From assembly GCA_965113315.1 (NCBI GenBank), contig OZ220365.1: a stretch of 64,000 nt of DNA. One strand, written 5' to 3'. Each line of letters opens with the position of its first letter. Position 1 is the stretch's first letter. This document shows positions 62,179 to 64,000 of the stretch, in pieces. The stretch is from Podarcis vaucheri (taxonomy: Eukaryota). A program made the translations under genes and the position numbers. Under the pieces are notes generated by a model, which did not search any database, had not been told where the DNA came from, and was given only the letters and a program-made list of their open reading frames with translations.

Positions 62179-62417
62179 GGCTTAAATAAATGCGGAATAA
62201 CACTTGATGCATTCTTTTAATATTGAAAGGGGATGGAAAAGGGAGCCCTTTGTAAATTCTTGTCAATTTTTTATAGTGCTGGAAATCTCTCTGCTCTGAT
62301 TTTACAACTTTATTCCCTTATCATATTACCAAGTTAAATAAAATATGAGCATGCATGAATGTTAGTTTTTATTTATTTATTTCTACAAAGAAAAGGTGTT
62401 TTGCGTTATATATATAT

Positions 62418-62970
62418 TTTTTTATTTTTTTTATTTATACCCCGCCCTCCCTGGCCAAGACCAGGCTCAGGGCGGCTAACATCAGGTATAAAAACAATTG
62501 ATTGAAATACAACTTAAAAACAAGATTAAAATATTACTTAAAATGCAGCCTCATTTCAGTGGAAGCCCAGATCAAAAACTGTTTGGGGGGAGAAAATGTC
62601 AAATCTTAAGGCCAGCTATCCAGACTGGTCCTACGTGGGCCAGAAAAGCCAGGGAAGTCTCCAAACAGAGGTTCCATCACAGTAGAAAAAGGAAAGAGGG
62701 GGAGGGAATCAGGCTGGTTCCAAGCCAAACGCCAGGTGGAACAACTCTGTCTTACAGGCCCTGTGGAAAGAAAGCAGATCCCGCAGGGCCCTGGTCTAAT
62801 GAGACAGAGCGTTCCACCAGGCTGGAGCCAGTGTTGAAAAGTCCCTGGCCCTGGTTGAGGCTATTCTGACTTCCTTAGGACCTGGGACCTTTAGAGTGTT
62901 GCTATTTATGGACCTTAAGGTCCTCCGCAGGGCAGACCAGGAGAGGTGGTCCCGTAGGTATGAGGGTCCT
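62418..62970 (-). mobile_element. L2 LINE 3' fragment
   Basis: Encodes GPSYLRDHLS..RTLRS..LKVPGPKEVRIASTRARDFSTLAPAWWNALS; 3' end agccgccctgag..gggcggggtataaataa. Confidence 0.85.
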
Positions 62971-64000
62971 ATTAAACAGCAAAAAATAAATAAAATTGTT
63001 CCCATCAGCCCAAGGAGCATCCCCAACATATAGAAAGACAACATCTAGTTTAGAACATCTAGACGTTGTCAGGGCATTCAAGTTCTGGGGCTTATATTTT
63101 ATTTAGATAGGTTTAATTACCTAGAGTTCCTAATAACTTAAGTGTTTAGAACCAATGAACTGTCCAGAAATATAGATGCTTCTAATGCATATAATATGTG
63201 TCCTGATACATTAGAGGGCAAGGCCTTCCCTAAAAAGTAGTCCTGTTTTAAGTAGTGAGAAATTTCTTTAATTTGGACCAGAAGCCAAGTATTGAAGCAA
63301 CTGCTAAATATCTAGAAGATAAATGTTCCATATAAAATCTATCTCCTTTTCTCCATCTACTCCCACTTCATATGGAAGAATGTTTAATCAAAGCAAGAAA
63401 TGACACTGAGCCAGACTGAAATGTCAGATACCTTATTTTTTTTTCTAAAACAAAAGTTAACATCCCCCTTGATTCTGTGCATTTTTACTTTGAGAAACTT
63501 CTCTCAATAGTTAGTATACCTCCCGTGCTCTGGTATCCATGCATTTCCCCCCCCCTTTTGCGGTAGTTTTCCACTGGTACTGAAGGGAGGGTCCTTAAAT
63601 TAGGTCATAATGAATTTCATCTTTGATATTCTTTCTGACTCTTTATATAGAGCTCCCATTGATATCTGTGGGTGTTCTGCATATTGAAGGAGACCAGACC
63701 ATCTGAACTGAGATCAATCATGCAGATCTGAAAGAAAAAGTTTCCTGTCAATGTGGAATAGAATGTAAAATGATGCAAGTTTCAGGAGGGTGCTTCCTTA
63801 TACATTATAGATGGCCTCTTTTCTGGCGCTTAAAGCTTTCTTCCTGAAATTCACCTGCATCACTACACATACTTCTTTTAAGTTCATAACTTCACTTTTA
63901 GAGTTGACGTTTCCCTATGTCTAACGGTATTTGTGCGACATCAACCCCCACTTTTTTTTTGCCTCAGATTTGAAGATGGGAAATAAAAGTTATTGAAAAA

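Noticed and set aside
11541-64000. Next canonical KHDRBS2 exon (Tyr-rich, GYDDGY-like)
   Set aside because: I found no matching sequence by eye; it probably lies beyond the window. tatgatgacgag at 23331 lacks the right context.
1-64000. CRISPR arrays, operons or other prokaryotic systems
   Set aside because: Sequence is vertebrate intron; no regularly spaced direct repeats. Remaining short ORFs in the track are at chance level.

Overview
Vertebrate genomic DNA, very probably a squamate and most likely a lacertid lizard, judged from Sauria SINEs, BovB, Squam3-like SINEs and lizard-type MITEs. The whole window appears to lie inside KHDRBS2 (SLM-1, a STAR-family splicing regulator) on the + strand. 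Two canonical coding exons are present (7292-7419 and 11342-11540, probably exons 5 and 6); the rest is intron full of transposable elements. Main observations: (1) a young 5'-truncated L1 with an uninterrupted RT ORF sits inside a Sauria SINE and forms one 1173-codon flank/SINE/ORF2 reading frame; (2) a three-level nest (SINE > SINE > complete non-autonomous L1 derivative with an unfamiliar 227-aa ORF); (3) a Penelope-type inverted repeat carrying two minimal hammerhead ribozyme motifs; (4) several candidate unannotated poison or terminal exons in the long intron after exon 6, the best at 63968. Repeat family names come from my recognition of motifs, not from a database search.
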